Numbered from the stretch's first letter, positions 49,515 through 63,710 are shown. The stretch: 64,000 nt of DNA from Vicugna vicugna (GCA_013265495.1 MU058241.1:1553249-1617248); one strand, 5' to 3'. Numbers and translations are program-made. Notes: a model not told the origin generated them from the letters alone.

Positions 49515-49888
49515 CTAGAGGCTCCCTGTTCCGTCCTGCTTTTCTCTGTCACACTGGCAAGACAGGCTGGGCGAGGAGCAACACATCTGAAGCCACGGCT
49601 TCCAGATAATGTTCCCCAGCGACAGCTGATTGGGGACGTCTCGCAGGGTCTCGGTGTGGCGGTCTGCCGCCTGCTGCATGGCCTCCAGGATCTCCCGGAA
49701 CTGGGGCTCGGACGTCGGAGTTAACGGGTTTCTCTCCCGCGGGTCTTTGGAGAGGTCAAAGAGTAAGGGCGGGTCGTGGTAGGTGACGTGTCGTCCGTGA
49801 CAGAAACACACGTGTGTGGAGAAGCATCCGTTGGCACCCTCGGGGGAGAAGTTGGGTGTGAAGAAAAAGGCTTTCCAGATGGACGTGC
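49515..49888 (-). CDS. STS: Steroid sulfatase, terminal coding exon (ends TAG at 49515-49517)
   Basis: Translates (S)[57 protein letters not shown]...[29 protein letters not shown], the recognisable STS C-terminus. Polypyrimidine tract plus cgcAG acceptor at 49889-49890. The split codon A|GC (Ser) joins the upstream exon in frame. Confidence 0.97.
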
Positions 49889-50659
49889 CTGCGGTTGACA
49901 AGGACAGAAGTGGGCATCGTGGGGACAAGGTCACGCTCACCCGAATCAGAGCATGCACAGAAATCACACTGCTGGTGCTTCAAGAAGGCAAAGACCTGTT
50001 GATTCTGGATGAAATGAATTTCTCATGCTTAAGGCTCGAAAGAGTAAGAACCATAGCTTAAAACAAAACAAAACAAAACATGCGCTGCTATTTAACTGAG
50101 AAGCAGTACAAGAAGATGATAAAGGAGTAGCTGTTACGGTACAAATTCAGCCGTATTAAAAACCCCGGCATTTTCTCCTTTTTCAGAATCCATCTCTCTC
50201 TCTTATTGCCCTCTCTCTCTTCCCTCTTTTTCCTCAATCCCTAATTTCTTGGGAGAGGCAGTGCTGGCAAGAAAGGAAGAGAGCTTACTGACTGTTTGAG
50301 CAGAGAACCGTAAGAGGACTGTCATTTCAGCCGAATCAACGTCCCAGCTGGGAGCCGGAGGGCAGGCAGTCAGCAGACACACACAGCAACTAACAGACTC
50401 CGCTCCCGGCGCGGGCCCTCTTCTCCACCTTCAATGTTCAAAGCTCGCAGCCTGTACTTTTGTTTAAAACAAAGCAGAGGGAAGAGGCAGGCTGCAGGCT
50501 GACACGGAGGTGAGGCTCGGTACACGGCACACACACGCACACAAACACACAGCCTTCAGGAATGATCTTAAACACGCTAGGACCTCGGTTAACATTCGAT
50601 TTCCTTGGCTCTGAGAAAGTCCAATTGAATCCAGTCCAGAATTCAGTGAGGCTGTGGAC

Positions 50660-50826
50660 AGACTGCAGCTGGCTTACAGAAACGATCGATCTTTTGGGGG
50701 TGAAGGAAACATTCGGACATTAGATTGTGACTACGGTTAGAAAACTCTGTACATTTACTGAACATGATTAAATTGGAATTTAATGTTGTGTATGTGATAA
50801 ATGCATACTTAATAAAGGTGTTAAAA
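50660..50826 (+). mobile_element. Old L1 (L1MB/MC) 3' tip
   Basis: ttttgggggtgaaggaaacatt..tagattgtg..actctgtacatttactgaac..cttaataaaggtgttaaaa. Confidence 0.7.
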
Positions 50827-51100
50827 ATCCCAAGTCCACCCAAGGGCGGAGTGCTTAAATAGGTTTTAAAATGTAAGTTCTGTGCTCCCTGAGATACCCG
50901 AAGTCGACCTTTTTACAAAAAAAGGGATTTGCCAACAAATAATTGTGCGAGGACTGATCTCCTGTTCATTCCACAAAGATAAGACTTCCTGAGAACTGAC
51001 TGGTAACCGCACATCCCCTGACAGAGGTCTACAAACTGTCTCCTGGGTGGAAAAAGGTGGCAGATAAAAACAGACAGTTAACATGTACTAAAAATGTCCT

Positions 51101-51250
51101 ATTAAAAAATTTAAATTATTTTTTCGGGGGGGCAGGTAATTAGGTTTACTCATTTATTTTTTAGACGGGGTACTGGGGATTGAACCCCAGACCTCATGCA
51201 TGCTAAGCACGTGCTCTCCCAGTTCAGCTACATATATACCCTTCCTCCCT
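51101..51250 (-). mobile_element. tRNA-Ala-derived SINE (Vic-1-like), intronic
   Basis: ggtactggggattgaaccccagacctcatgcatgctaagcacgtgctct. 10-bp TSD AAAATGTCCT at 51091-51100 and 51252-51261. Confidence 0.9.
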
Positions 51251-53834
51251 GAAAATGTCCTTTGTTCTGCTCCATCCTTACAGCGTTGTCACATACAGCC
51301 ACAGAGGCTTTCCCACTACAGAGCACCACACACCTACGTAATTCACTTCAGTCGCTTGCTTGTAGCATGCCAACGGTGGCTTTTGCAATTCTAGGTGTTG
51401 AGGGACCCACGGATGCAGACGGAAAATAAATGAATGGAATCACCTGAAAGCCATCGTCACGGGTGTCTGCCGTGCCCCCAAACAGCCCCTGACCTCAGAC
51501 AAGCACATTCGAGGGAAAGGCAGCCTCTCGGGTTTCGGAGGAGAACCGGGAAGCCCACACAAGCGACGTGAACGTGGTACAACTGAGTCTATACTTAAAG
51601 GAATCCGTTACGCGGATCACTGACGCTGGCAGAAGCGGCGGCACAGGACGTCCCTGTCAAGGTACACAAGCGACAGGTGCTCAGCACACCTGCCTTTTAA
51701 AGAGGAGTTCAGGCTGACCCGCGGTCGAGCGAGGCTGGAGGAGAAACTGCAGGGCCCGCTGTCCCTCCCCAGGGGAGCTTACAGACGAAGTGGGTTCCCT
51801 TGACACTCTGTACATCCACCCACTTCTCTCCTTCCCCTGAGGCCCCGATCGGTTTCAGAAAGAAGCCTTTTCAGCAGCAAGGAGCTAGAGCCACGGAGAA
51901 GCTGGGTCAGCGGGGCCAAGGCTGCTACAGACAGGCGTGCACGGCGCGTGGTGGGGGTGGGGGGGGACTCTTCTGCTCCTGTTCCGAGGGCTGCAGATCT
52001 GGGGGGTGTTTCGAGCTTGACATTCGAGGGGCCACAGCATCGCCACGTGGCTCGGACAAGCACAGAATGCAGAACTAACTTTTCCAAAAATCTGTTTCGT
52101 GCGTTGGCCTCTTTACTGCCCAACTTGGATTTTTTTAAAAAAACTTTTAATAAAAAAGAGTAGATTGTGTCTTCTCTGTATTATTTCTTTAGACGGCTCT
52201 GGATTTGGTCACGTGAGACAAACAGGGCTGCACTTCACTGCACGCTGGTTTACTAGATAGGAGTCCTTACTTCAAGGTCTGGTCTGTGGTTCACCAGGAA
52301 CCCAGGCGTCGACACTGTCCAAGGTGTCGTTTCAATGGAAAAGAGCGAATTGGTAAATGATGGGATAAGACAGGAGGCACCTGGTATCACCTTCCATTTC
52401 TAACGGGCAGATTTAGTCTCATTTTCCAAAATGATTTTGATGATGTATTTCATCCTGAATTTCTCTCTACACTCCTGAAAAAAGTTGAGGTTTTGAAAAA
52501 TCGTTTCTCGATTGCTAAAATTCCAGTCTACTCTGAAAACAGACTGTTTCTGTCTCACCTGTCACAGATAAATATTTGGACCACCAAGGGATCTTAAACT
52601 CATTTGTAATTGAGGTCCAGTGACCAGAAGAAGCAGTTATTAAATTTTACAGTGACAATGTGCGAAAATTAAATGGGATTTTTAAAAATGTATTCTAAGT
52701 AGTGGCAGGAACAATAATTTGGCAGAGGTTTTAAAAATGCTCTGAAATTTAGGAGAAATAATTGTCAGGATTAAAGGACAAAGCTGTCAGTGACATAATA
52801 CCGTGAGAGGGCTCTGTTACTGGCATACAAAATGCACTTACCGGGTGAAACATATTTTTATGTAAAATCATCTCTTAAAAAAAAATGACTTGATTAAAGA
52901 GAAAAGAAAGTTGACCATCCTCTGACCAAAAGGAAAATGCAATTTAAGCGAGGAAAGACTGACGGCTAAGCTGGGCCCTGAATTCGGCACCTTCCAAGGG
53001 GAATCCTAAAGCAGCTACTCCATCAGTGTTAAAATCAACTGCAAGATAAAGTGAATCAAGGAGTCTCGGATGCCGTGGGATTCTCCGGGGACCTCAGGGC
53101 TGCGTGATCCTGGAACAGGAACACCCTCTGTGATTTCCGTCCCGTCCGGGCTGCGGGGACTTGGCCACAGGGAAGGGTTCCAGGTGACTCGGCAGAGAAG
53201 CCCCCGAAATGAGGACAGAGAACAAAAACAGAGACAGAAAGGCCCCTGGGCTGTTGCCGCTCCTCTGTAAAGAAAGGGGCCGAAACTCCACACCTGAAAC
53301 GTGCGGCGTCCTGCAACGGACAGACGTGAGCCTCCGTACGCAGCGTCACGCTTCCTCGTGACGTTTCTGAGTGGGGTTGCGCTCCGTGCCTTACAGATCT
53401 ACTCCTGCTGTCCTGGAGATGAGATGGGTACCTCGGGAATATAAATGACGCACCCCAGCAGACTATCGGACACGCCAAACGTCACCGCCGGGCACTCTGA
53501 GCCCACGGGGGCTGAAGAAAGGTGCCCCCAACCTGGAACTTTGATGCCACAAACATAAGACTACCCCTCCTCTCTCCTGGAGACCACGGAGCCTGCCCCC
53601 GGGTAAGCTACCTGCTCCCGCACGTTTTTGCAACATCCCTGCAGTGAGATGAGGCCACTCGGGGAGTTCTTGCCCAGTGAGGACAGAGCGGGACGTGTCC
53701 TTCCCAGCTCCACAGCACAGAAGAACTGCCTCTCCTGCTGGTGACATTGCAGCCAGTGGGGCCTGTGTCCCTGTGGTCCCTGAGGGACTCAGGATGCCCG
53801 AGGACCCTCCTCCTGGACTCTCTGCTGCACTGGG

Positions 53835-54040
53835 TACACAGCACTGGGGGCCACCATCTGGGAACATCTGGTCATGTCCGGAGGCCAGCTGGGTTGTCAC
53901 AGTTGCTGGTGAAGGAGTGATGCTGCTACTGGTGTCTGGTGTCTAGTGGGTCAAGGCCAGGGTGCTGTCCCCTGTCCCCAGCCCACCACAGACAATCACC
54001 TGGCCCCAAATGCCAACAGTGCCCAGGGTGAGTGAGCCTC
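53835..54040 (+). mobile_element. MER20, intronic
   Basis: acatctggtcatgtccggag..ggttgtcacag..gctactgg..tctagtgggtcaaggccaggg..tggccccaaatgccaacagtgccc. Confidence 0.78.
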
Positions 54041-54889
54041 AAATATGTCCACGTGAGAATGAACCTTTGCTGGCTCGAGCCCCCGAGATTTCAGGGCTAA
54101 TGGTCACTGCAGCACAGCTCTGTGTCTCCCTGCTCGTAGACCGTCAGAGAGCTAAACTATAAAATATGACACATTTTATTGTGAATGAAAGAAATCAGAA
54201 GCCAGAGTGAGATGTGCGGTCCTCCTTAAGTCTTGGAGAGTTGGCGATGAAAGAGTGAACCAACGGCCAGCTCAGAAGAAGGGAAAACGCACGTGTCAGA
54301 TGCCCGTGGCGGTGCAGAAATGGTGGGGAGGCCAGGATGTGTGTTTGCCGCGCTCTTCCAAAATACAGTGGATAAAGGGGCACGGGGGCTTCAGGCCTCC
54401 CTCCTTCTGGGGAGTTAGAGATGTCTTTATAAAAGTAGGGTTAGACACACTGGCTTTTCTTGGCCTGACGCTGCTATGTGAGACTTGTAGCACGGGAGTC
54501 AACAGGGAGAGACAAAGAGACAGACAGACAGACAGACAATGCAGTGGCCAGAAGGCAGGGGCTCAGGCCAGCGTTTTAAAGGGGAGCCCTCTGTGGGTGC
54601 CTGGAGGACCTCTTTGGGGTACAAAAATCACCCACATCCTGTTTCTCTCACTCCTCCAGCCAATGCCATCCACCAGTGTTGGAAGCCCCCTCTGCAGATA
54701 CATTTATAAGATGCTTCAGTCTGCCTAACAGAGATCTGCTTTTCCAAATACACTTCAATTCGTGTGGGTAACCCCGTGGGTCTGGAGCCTCGACCCTCCC
54801 CACCGGCGGACACCCTTTGTTCCGAGTGTCCCGCTGTCTCGGCGAGGGTGACCTGCTTGAATTCTCCCACCCCTTTTCTGTTGGCGCTG

Positions 54890-55095
54890 ACAGTGTGGGT
54901 GGAAATCCCAGCTCTGCAATTTCCTAGCTGTGGGACACCCTACCCTCTCTGGGCCCCAGCCTCCTTTTCTGAGAAATTAGGGTAATAAGAGTCCTTGCCT
55001 CAGGGCCTCCCTTCGGGGATCAACCGTGCATTCCTGTAAGTAAGTTAAGCTCTCATTCCAGTGGCCAGTGCACCGTGAAGACCACCCACGGGTCA
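54890..55095 (+). mobile_element. MIR SINE
   Basis: aaatcccagctctgcaatttcctagctgtgggac..ctctctgggccccagcctcc..ctgagaaattagggtaataa. Confidence 0.65.
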
Positions 55096-56089
55096 GCTCT
55101 GCATAGAAAGCTGCAGTCTATCTAAGAGAAGAACACTGGCTTCTGCCTGCTCTTACATCTGTTGCTGCTGTAATCCGAGTCTTGACACACTTCCTTCCCC
55201 CAACGAAGGATTCTTCAAGAATATGCAGAACTACACTGAAATGGCTTCAACACATGGGCTCTTAATTCATCACCCAGATTCAGACTTCCCTTGATGAATG
55301 CTGTTCATCTGCTAGTCTTGGCAAGATTTATCTTGGATGCTTGGAGAATTCCATGTATATATCATAGGAGCCACACACAGATTTTTGGGGTGTTCAGTCT
55401 CAGCAGTGTTTTGCACTACAGCGTGCCATCTTGGAGTTCTACAAGGACCATTTCAAATACTGCTCTGTTCTCCCACTAGGAGTGACCAGTTCCACACCCC
55501 TGGGACCCTCAGCTTGTCCCCTCAGTCATGTTGACCTCATCTTCTGAGCCAATGTCTGAAAATCCATCCCATGGTCCCCAAGCTCCCAGAGACCTCCTCG
55601 CTTCCCTGATACACCCTCAAACATCGTTCCTCTATCCTGAGCCAGCCACCCTAGACCAACGCCACAGTCTTTTCATTGACCCAAAGACCTCAGGATGTGA
55701 CCCACCTGGGGCACCAGTGTCGTCACACACGATCCCAGAGATCTGTGGACCCAGGTGCCCTTTTTCTTCACTCTTGAGGCTCATCTCTACTCATCTCTGC
55801 AGCCCGGACTCTCAAAGGTGCAGCCCTGGGCTCGGGGATTATAGACCCACGCCTGCCAGCTTCCTGTACCTGGGGGCATTGGGACATTCACCACAGGAAA
55901 AGAGGGAGAAGGAAGACGCAGAAGCTCAGGGCTGTGGCCAAAAAGTACCTGCTTGTCAATTTAAATGCAGAACCATCCCAGTTCCACCAACTGACGCCTG
56001 ACATCAAAACACTCCCTTTTACTAAGCCTCTGTTTTGCATTTGGGGGGATAGAAATATGAATCCTGCACAACAGGGTTACCCAAGGCAT

Positions 56090-56460
56090 GCTAAACCCGG
56101 CCCCTTTCCCTTCTGGTCTCTGCACATTGAACTCCTACCCATCCTTCAAGGCCCTGCAGCCACGCCTCCTCTGTGACCTGTGTGGATCCCCGGACAGAAG
56201 GTATGAGCGGGTCCTCGCTCCTCTGGCAGTTCTCAGCACGCATTCAGCCCGTGAGGTCTCTCACTGTCTGCGGCCTCTATTTCCTTCTAGGCTATTCACT
56301 TTCTGAACACAAGAATGTATCTCTCACACGTCTTAAATGCCCAGAACCTGGTGCCTTACATGGACAGATGGTCAACACACCTCTTAGATCCCCAGTACCT
56401 AGCGCCTTATATAGAACAGATGGACAATAAAACGTGTTGGGTGAATTAATAAATGAATGA
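56090..56460 (+). mobile_element. L2 3' end
   Basis: aactcctacccatccttcaaggccc..ccccagtacctagc..caataaaacgtgttgggtgaattaataaatgaatga. Confidence 0.6.
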
Positions 56461-59138
56461 GGTGATGGGACAAGCAGGAAGGGACTGGAAGAGAGGGGAG
56501 AAGCAGCCAGCTGTCAGGAAAGCCGGCGAGGGGCAGGCAGGAAGCCCAGTACGTTCTGTGTGTCTCTCCTGCAGAGCCACCTGGAGCGTCCTGCTGAAAA
56601 CCCCTCACTGCCCAACAAGGCCTCCAGCCAGACAGAGAAGCAGGCTGCCTGGGGGCACTGGTCACAGTGGCAGATAAATGAGTGAGGAAGTCAGAGACTT
56701 AGGAAATACACCCACCTCGGGGTCTCTTGGCATCAGAAAACGGGCAGTCCCAAGGAATTGGCACAGCAGACACAAGTCCCCGTGACCTCAGGACAGAATG
56801 AGCATGGACGGGCGTGAGGGATGGACAGGCGGGCAGCTGGGAGCATGCGGATCAGGGTGTGGAGTTGGTTGAGGGGAGACCAGAGCCAATGTCCTCAAGG
56901 ATGGCGAGACTCAGAGAATAAGAAGACAGGGACGAATTCCAGAAACAGCCCATGGAGACGGCCAGACAGACACTTAGGAGCAAGAATCATCCTTGTGACT
57001 GTGAGTAAAATAACTCATGGTTTTGGGTGGAGAAGTTCTAGTTTACCGCAGGGCAGACCGAGAGCAGATGGCTAGTTTCGAATCCAGCCTTGCCCTCAAC
57101 CGTGCAGACTGTATGCCAATTATGTGACTACAAACCTCTGCCTCCTCATGTGTAAATAACCTTGGGAGACATTGCTAAGTATTGCCAGCCTCCCCTGGTC
57201 ATGTCCGCAGGGCACAGGGACAGCCACGATGAAGGCTACACTGCCCAGCCTCCCGTGATGCTAGGTGTGCACAGATGACCAGCTTCTGGCCTGCAGGACA
57301 CCCTCCATGGGAGGTAAGAGGCACGCACCCTTTTCCTCTCATCTTTTCCATCCATTCCTCCATCCTGCTGACCCTGGGCGGACACTGTCATCATCTCCAA
57401 CACAGAACCTTCCCTCTGACGTGAGCCCCTGTTTCTCTGTTTTCTGTTATAGCCAAATCTGATACGAAAATTAATCAAGTTCACTCATAATTCGGAGGAT
57501 CAAGTGCAAAGTGCTTATTGCCACCAGAGAGTCTGCCGGAGAGTAGATACGGAAGCAACATCAGGGCGGAATGTCATTGTTTCTTGTTACCAAGTGTGTC
57601 TTCAAACGATACAGAACGGTCACGTGGAAAAGATGACACGTTTCAAGAGAGGGAGAGTAAACAAAGGGAGACGCGTAAAACCACCTACGAAACATTTTCG
57701 TAGGAAGATCCAAATGCACGAAGACCCAAATACTCATGGAATACAAGACGCCTCGGTTAGAACCGAAACGTCCCCACAGAAAACGCCAGCTCTGCCGGCG
57801 GACCGAGGTGAACCAGGACAGAGTCAGAAGTAAGCCGGCAACCTGGGAGAACAGAGACACATCCCGTGTCGACATCCAAGCAAAGAGGTGTGCCAGACGC
57901 TGCAGCAAATCGGTAAGGTGACAGGAGTGAGTATGGAAGGGGGGACGGTCAGAAGAGGAGGCCTGTAGGAGACGGGAATCAGACGGTGCTGAGCTAAGAC
58001 CGAAGGCCGCATTAGGGCGCTCAGGAACGCGGCTTTTGGCATTCCGGAAAGAAACTCCCATTTCAATGCATTTTGTGTCTACAAGGGAGCAGGTCTGTGT
58101 CGGGACAAGCGAACAGAAGCTGTGGCTGCCACGTTTCTCACCCAAGCATCAGTGTCATCGCAGGTCAGACATGTGAAAACTTTGGTCAAAAAGTACGCAT
58201 CGGTTTCAAAAACGGTCTAATATTGCGTATCAGGTCATGTGAAGGGCGGTATGAAAATATATCTTAAATAGACAAAGTGGGAGGAAAAAAAAATCCACCT
58301 AGGAGGGTTTTTTCCCATGAAAGGAGATGAACCGTTAGGAAGTTACATCCGAGACTGCAGAGCCGGACGGACGATGAGATAAACAAACTGCATAAACATT
58401 TAACAATTCCAGGGAAGGCTTCTCTGCCCTCCCGCATCACCCCTCCTCTTAGGTTGTCACCAGGGAGCCTGCGTCCGTCCTGGGACACGTCCTGCAATTA
58501 CTGGCACGCGTCCCATCCCTCGATGCTGGGCTGAGAAGGCAGGTCAAAGAGTTAGGGGGTGAATATCGGAAAGGTCCAAAGTGCTTGGGAATGCAGCCTT
58601 TGGGCGAGGTTTTCTAAAAGGACAACGAAATCCTAAGACTTCAAACACATCCTCGAAGGGATTTACACAGACATGCTCTTCTTAATGGCCACAAAAGTCG
58701 TGTTTGGGTGAGAGTCTGTCCTTCTTAAACTAACTTGGAACATAGGACAGTTTTCCGCAAGCGTTCCCTTGAAAACGGCACAGCCCACAGCTGTTCAGTT
58801 TTAGAACCTCCATGTATTATCTCTGACCCTTTGGATCCAATTTCAGACAATCAGACAAAGACAGGCATCCAGTGAACACCCAGCAGAATCATTAGCAAAG
58901 ACAAAAGCCACGCACAGCCTTTCTTGCACTGGTTAGCTGCCGACACCTCAACAGCTGTAATCAGAATCTTGCCTCTTTTCTTATGTGTATTTTAGAGGCG
59001 AAATTAATTTTTTGTTTACCTTTGTGAAAATTTTAGATGCTGAACAAAGCAGGCATTTTCCTCAATTAACATGGTAATGCTGTTTTTGATTTTAAACCTC
59101 ACTTATTTCTTATTGTGGAAAGAAGGCACCTTCTATAA

Positions 59139-59222
59139 ACACTTTCCTTTAGAATGAATTCGACTATCTTACTGCTTTAGAGACACTTTCCTTTAGGATG
59201 AATTCCAATATCTTACTGCTTT
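59139..59222. repeat. Tandem duplication, 2 x 40 bp (period 44)
   Basis: acactttcctttag(a/g)atgaattc(gac/caa)tatcttactgcttt at 59139-59178 and 59183-59222; 37/40 identical. Confidence 0.9.
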
Positions 59223-62200
59223 TTCTTGTGATTTTAGATTTTTAATTTTTTTGGAAGTCAAAATTGTCTACTGTTTTTCCTTTTCTCTTAATTATGCAAG
59301 TTTCAGGTGCACTCTTGTGATTTTTCAAAGGATGCTTTAAAACAAAATCACAGAAGTTTCCAACAAACCTGAGTTGGAAAAAGCAGCCATATGTATGAGG
59401 TTCTGTGGGATCAGCCCCAGAATGACTAACCCTCGTGGATTTCTGTATGATCAGCTGGTCTGCGGGGCCCTCACGTTAATGCAAGCATGTAACTTACAGA
59501 CTTACTTCCATCCGTTCAAAAATCTGCAACAGAATCCCAGAGTCAAATATCTACCAGTCTTCTACGATAAATTTTACCATAAAATCAAGCTGCCTTTACA
59601 TTTAATTTTTAGTAACACTGGTTTGTACGTCAAAAGTTAAAGCCAAAATTTTAAAATACATATTGAATAGTAAATTTAAACTGAAAATTCACATTGTAAT
59701 GCAAGAAAAGTTATCCACATTATGACAGCGCTCTCGTGACTTCTAACATATAATGGAAATAACGCTCTCAGATGACGATGAAGTTACACCATTTGCAGAG
59801 ACAAGTAAATGACAGAATCATTATAAACACAGAATCATTAAATTACAGAGAAGGCATTGTATATAAAAGCTGAAGGGGGTTCAGCTTTGGGAAGGGTGGA
59901 AGCAGCCTTCTGGCTGTACGTTTTTGGAAAAATAAGTCTGGAATCGTGATATGCAAGCTTCCAACTAATCCAGACAAATGGGAATTGGATCCTCGCACTT
60001 CCAGCCAGCTCCAGTCTCCCGGAACCAGGGCAGCGCTGGTGAGCTGGCTCTCTCCGAGGGAGGGGCAGAGCCGCGATCCGCGGTGCCTGCTGTGGCCGGG
60101 GCGCAGACACTCCCCGCGCGGCCGACCTCAGGTCAGCAATGGTTTCACAACAAGCTGGCGAGACTCCCGAGCACCTCACTGCTGCCAGTTACTAACCCCT
60201 GACCGTAAATTCCTCTCTTCTTTCCTAACAGAGCACTTGGAGGTCAGGAGGCCACCGTCTTAACCCTAAGAATTACGGAAAGTGCCGCCGGGTCATCAGT
60301 GCTGACGGACGGCGCCCTGCCAGCAGCGTAGATCTGACATGATCTCAGCTGAATATGTCTGTCTTCTTTAGTCAACAGGACAAGTGATCCTTTCCTTACA
60401 CAGCTGCTTTTCCCCAGCCCTTCCCACGGCTTGCAGCCCATCCAGAGCTAAGATGTGAAAAGCTCCCGGACAGGTGCCCACCCCAGCCTAGCCTAGCAGG
60501 TTCCACCGAGCAGGTGCCAAGTCCACACACGCACAACAAACGGACAGATGAAAACACGGAGGACCCAGCCCCGAAGCCACGTGGGACAGTGTGACAGGTG
60601 AGGCAGCTCCCCCTGGGACTGAGTTTCGGGGACACCCTGAGAAGTAGATCAGGCGACTCGTAAAAGCCATGGTTTCCTGAGACCCCACGGCCAGGTGAGT
60701 GATTCCAGCACTGAAATGCTGCCATGGCCCCTCTGTGGCCGCCGGCTCCAGGCAGGAGATTCTAAGGAACTGCCTAAGAAGGAATGCCGCTTGTGTTTGT
60801 CTTCGAAGCACATTTTATCCCAGGGCCAGCTGCCTGTCAGAATCTCGGTCTTGTTGTTCTCACTCCTATTTTCTGTCTCCTCCTGTCCCTTCTCTCTTTC
60901 CTCCTCCACATACTGTGTTTCTCCAGCCCCTGATCCAATATGTTCCTTCCGGCTTCTCTAACTGAGGGCGTGGGGACTGGAGGCGGGGAGGTCGGCTTTA
61001 TTTAAATGCAGTTTTGCAACGGTTCAGGATGGGATGTCACCCTGCTTTCAACCGCCGACGGTCATGGAAACTTTGTTCCTTACGTCCCTCGCGGGCTCTG
61101 TCTAAAAGGAAGTGGGGAGGGCCACATCTCTCGTGGATGAGACGGGTCAGAGCTACCTGCTGCCAATTCACCTAAAAAAAGGGACAGCATTCCTGCGGGT
61201 GGTAGGAACGATGGACACACGGATGAGCTAGGTAGCCAGGACCCTTCCGGGTCTAGAACCGTAAGCCTGTGTGGTTCTGCCATAGTCACCTTCCAGAAAA
61301 TGTCTCAAGGAAGCTGCCCAGATTGGAAGCATAAACCCGGCAGGGTGAACCTGGTATGGTGTCCGTGGAAGGGCCATAGTTTTCCACTTTAAAAAAAATG
61401 GGGCAGCTGCTCATTACATGACATCTTTGGTACATGGGCTGGGGGAGCAGGGTGGGGAGGGGACTGCGTTGAAAACCAGTTTGAAGGAGCATCACGTGAG
61501 TTTAAGAATGCACCACCCGCCGGGGGCGGCAGCGGTTACCAGATATTCTGTGACAATCTTGCCTCTGGGAGCAGAACCCCAATGCACACTAGAGCAAAGG
61601 GGACTTTCCTTTTACCTCTGAAGAGGAAACTCAAAATCCAACATCAACACCCAGGGCTAGCATAGGTATAATCATTGTGAGATTCCCACAGACTGCAAGC
61701 CATCTTAGTGATGTGAACCCGACTGTAATTCTAAGTTTAAATACACGACAACCATTTGTGGAACCTTTCCCTCCATGTAGAATGGTCACTTGGTTCCTCA
61801 TGCCCCTTAATGCCTGTTAGAAATTCAACTCTGTGACTGGTCACCGGAAAACCCAAAGTAGATTCCGTCACTGACGCAGGGCATGATTAAAAACAAACAA
61901 ACAAACAACAAAAAAACCTGGTTTGGGAGCCAGGATAACACAGAAGCATTTGTATCTAGCAAATACACATGCACCGAGACCACATACAGATTGGTAAGTC
62001 ACGACCCCCGACCTCCGAGGGAGGCTCGGGAGGGACGGCGAGGTAAACATCGCAAAGCCACGCAGAGCCACGGAGCAAAGCCACAGGAGGGTGGAGGTGC
62101 AGGCCGAGCAGACGGCGCTTCGGGGGGCTGGGGTCGGGGGGATTGAGAAGCACAAACGTGGAAGGAAGAGCAAGTCCTTCCAGGTAGAGGGAGCCACGAG

Positions 62201-62250
62201 CACACGCCACAGGGATGCCCAGAGCAGAGCAGCGGGTTGGCTGAGACTCA

Positions 62251-62745
<495 letters not shown>

Positions 62746-63489
62746 TTACCAGGCGGCCACAACGTCCCGATATCTGAGTGGTCCTTCCCGCCAACGAGAG
62801 CATGAGAGAGCTACAAAGTGGTAATTAAGCAACCGGCGCTGAGAACACCAGCTGATACAGCTGGGCGCCATATGCAATGCGGGGAGGCCAGCTGGGCTCA
62901 GGAATCAGCTGATGTCATCCTCTAAGGAGCTCCGTGAGTCGGGACTATTATCACCCCAAGATGATGGGACGAAGAAACGGAGTGACTTATCCAACGTCCT
63001 GTGTGTCGTAAGGGCCAATGAGAACCATGCCCAGCTGACTGGGTGTGATGCTTTCAACTGCCCTCCCCACGACTTCTCCTACACCCAGTTTTCTGCCTAG
63101 TGCCTTGGCAAACAGTTTATTCACAAACTCCAGGTCTATCAAAAATAAGAATTCCTGACAATCTGTGTTAAAAAAAAAAGGTAATATATAACACGGGACA
63201 ACACGAATTGGATAGACTTCAATGAAAACGAAGTCCTAAGTCTGAATGAATGAATCTATAAATAATAACAATGATGACATTAAATGCCCTGAGGATGTAA
63301 AGACTCTTGCATACATTTACATATGACATACACCCATGACACATAGTGTTATGCCCTGAAAAGTAAATATATTCCTCTACGGGTGGGTGTTTACACCAAC
63401 AAGGTAACATTCTAGTGGCAAACAATAACCATAGACAACTGGCAATGAGCAAATTAAGACTATTTGGAGGTTAATTAAAGACAAAACAA

Positions 63490-63710
63490 GTCTATTTTTT
63501 ATGGCTGAGTAGTATTCCATTGTATAAATAGACCACATCTTCTTTATCCAGTCATCTGTCGATGGACATTTAGGCTGTTTCCATGTCTTGGCTACTGTAA
63601 ATAGTGCTTCTATGAACACTGGGGTGCAGGTGTCTTTTTGAAGTAGGGTTCCTTCTGGATATATGTCCGGGAGCAGGATTCCTGGGTCATATGGTAAATC
63701 TATTCCTAAA
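63490..63710 (-). mobile_element. L1 3' fragment, same subfamily as 8221-8857
   Basis: Reverse ORF LPYDPGILLPDIYPEGTLLQKDTCTPVFIEALFTVAKTWKQPKCP. Shares gtctttttgaagtagggttccttctggatatatg with the 8.8-kb copy. Confidence 0.88.

Noticed and set aside
49889..49967. N-terminal part of the 150-aa ORF
   Set aside because: Intronic sequence upstream of the AG acceptor, not STS-like.
57684..57704. Perfect 9-bp hairpin CCTACGAAA-cat-TTTCGTAGG
   Set aside because: About one stem of this length is expected by chance in 64 kb, and it is too short for a pre-miRNA.
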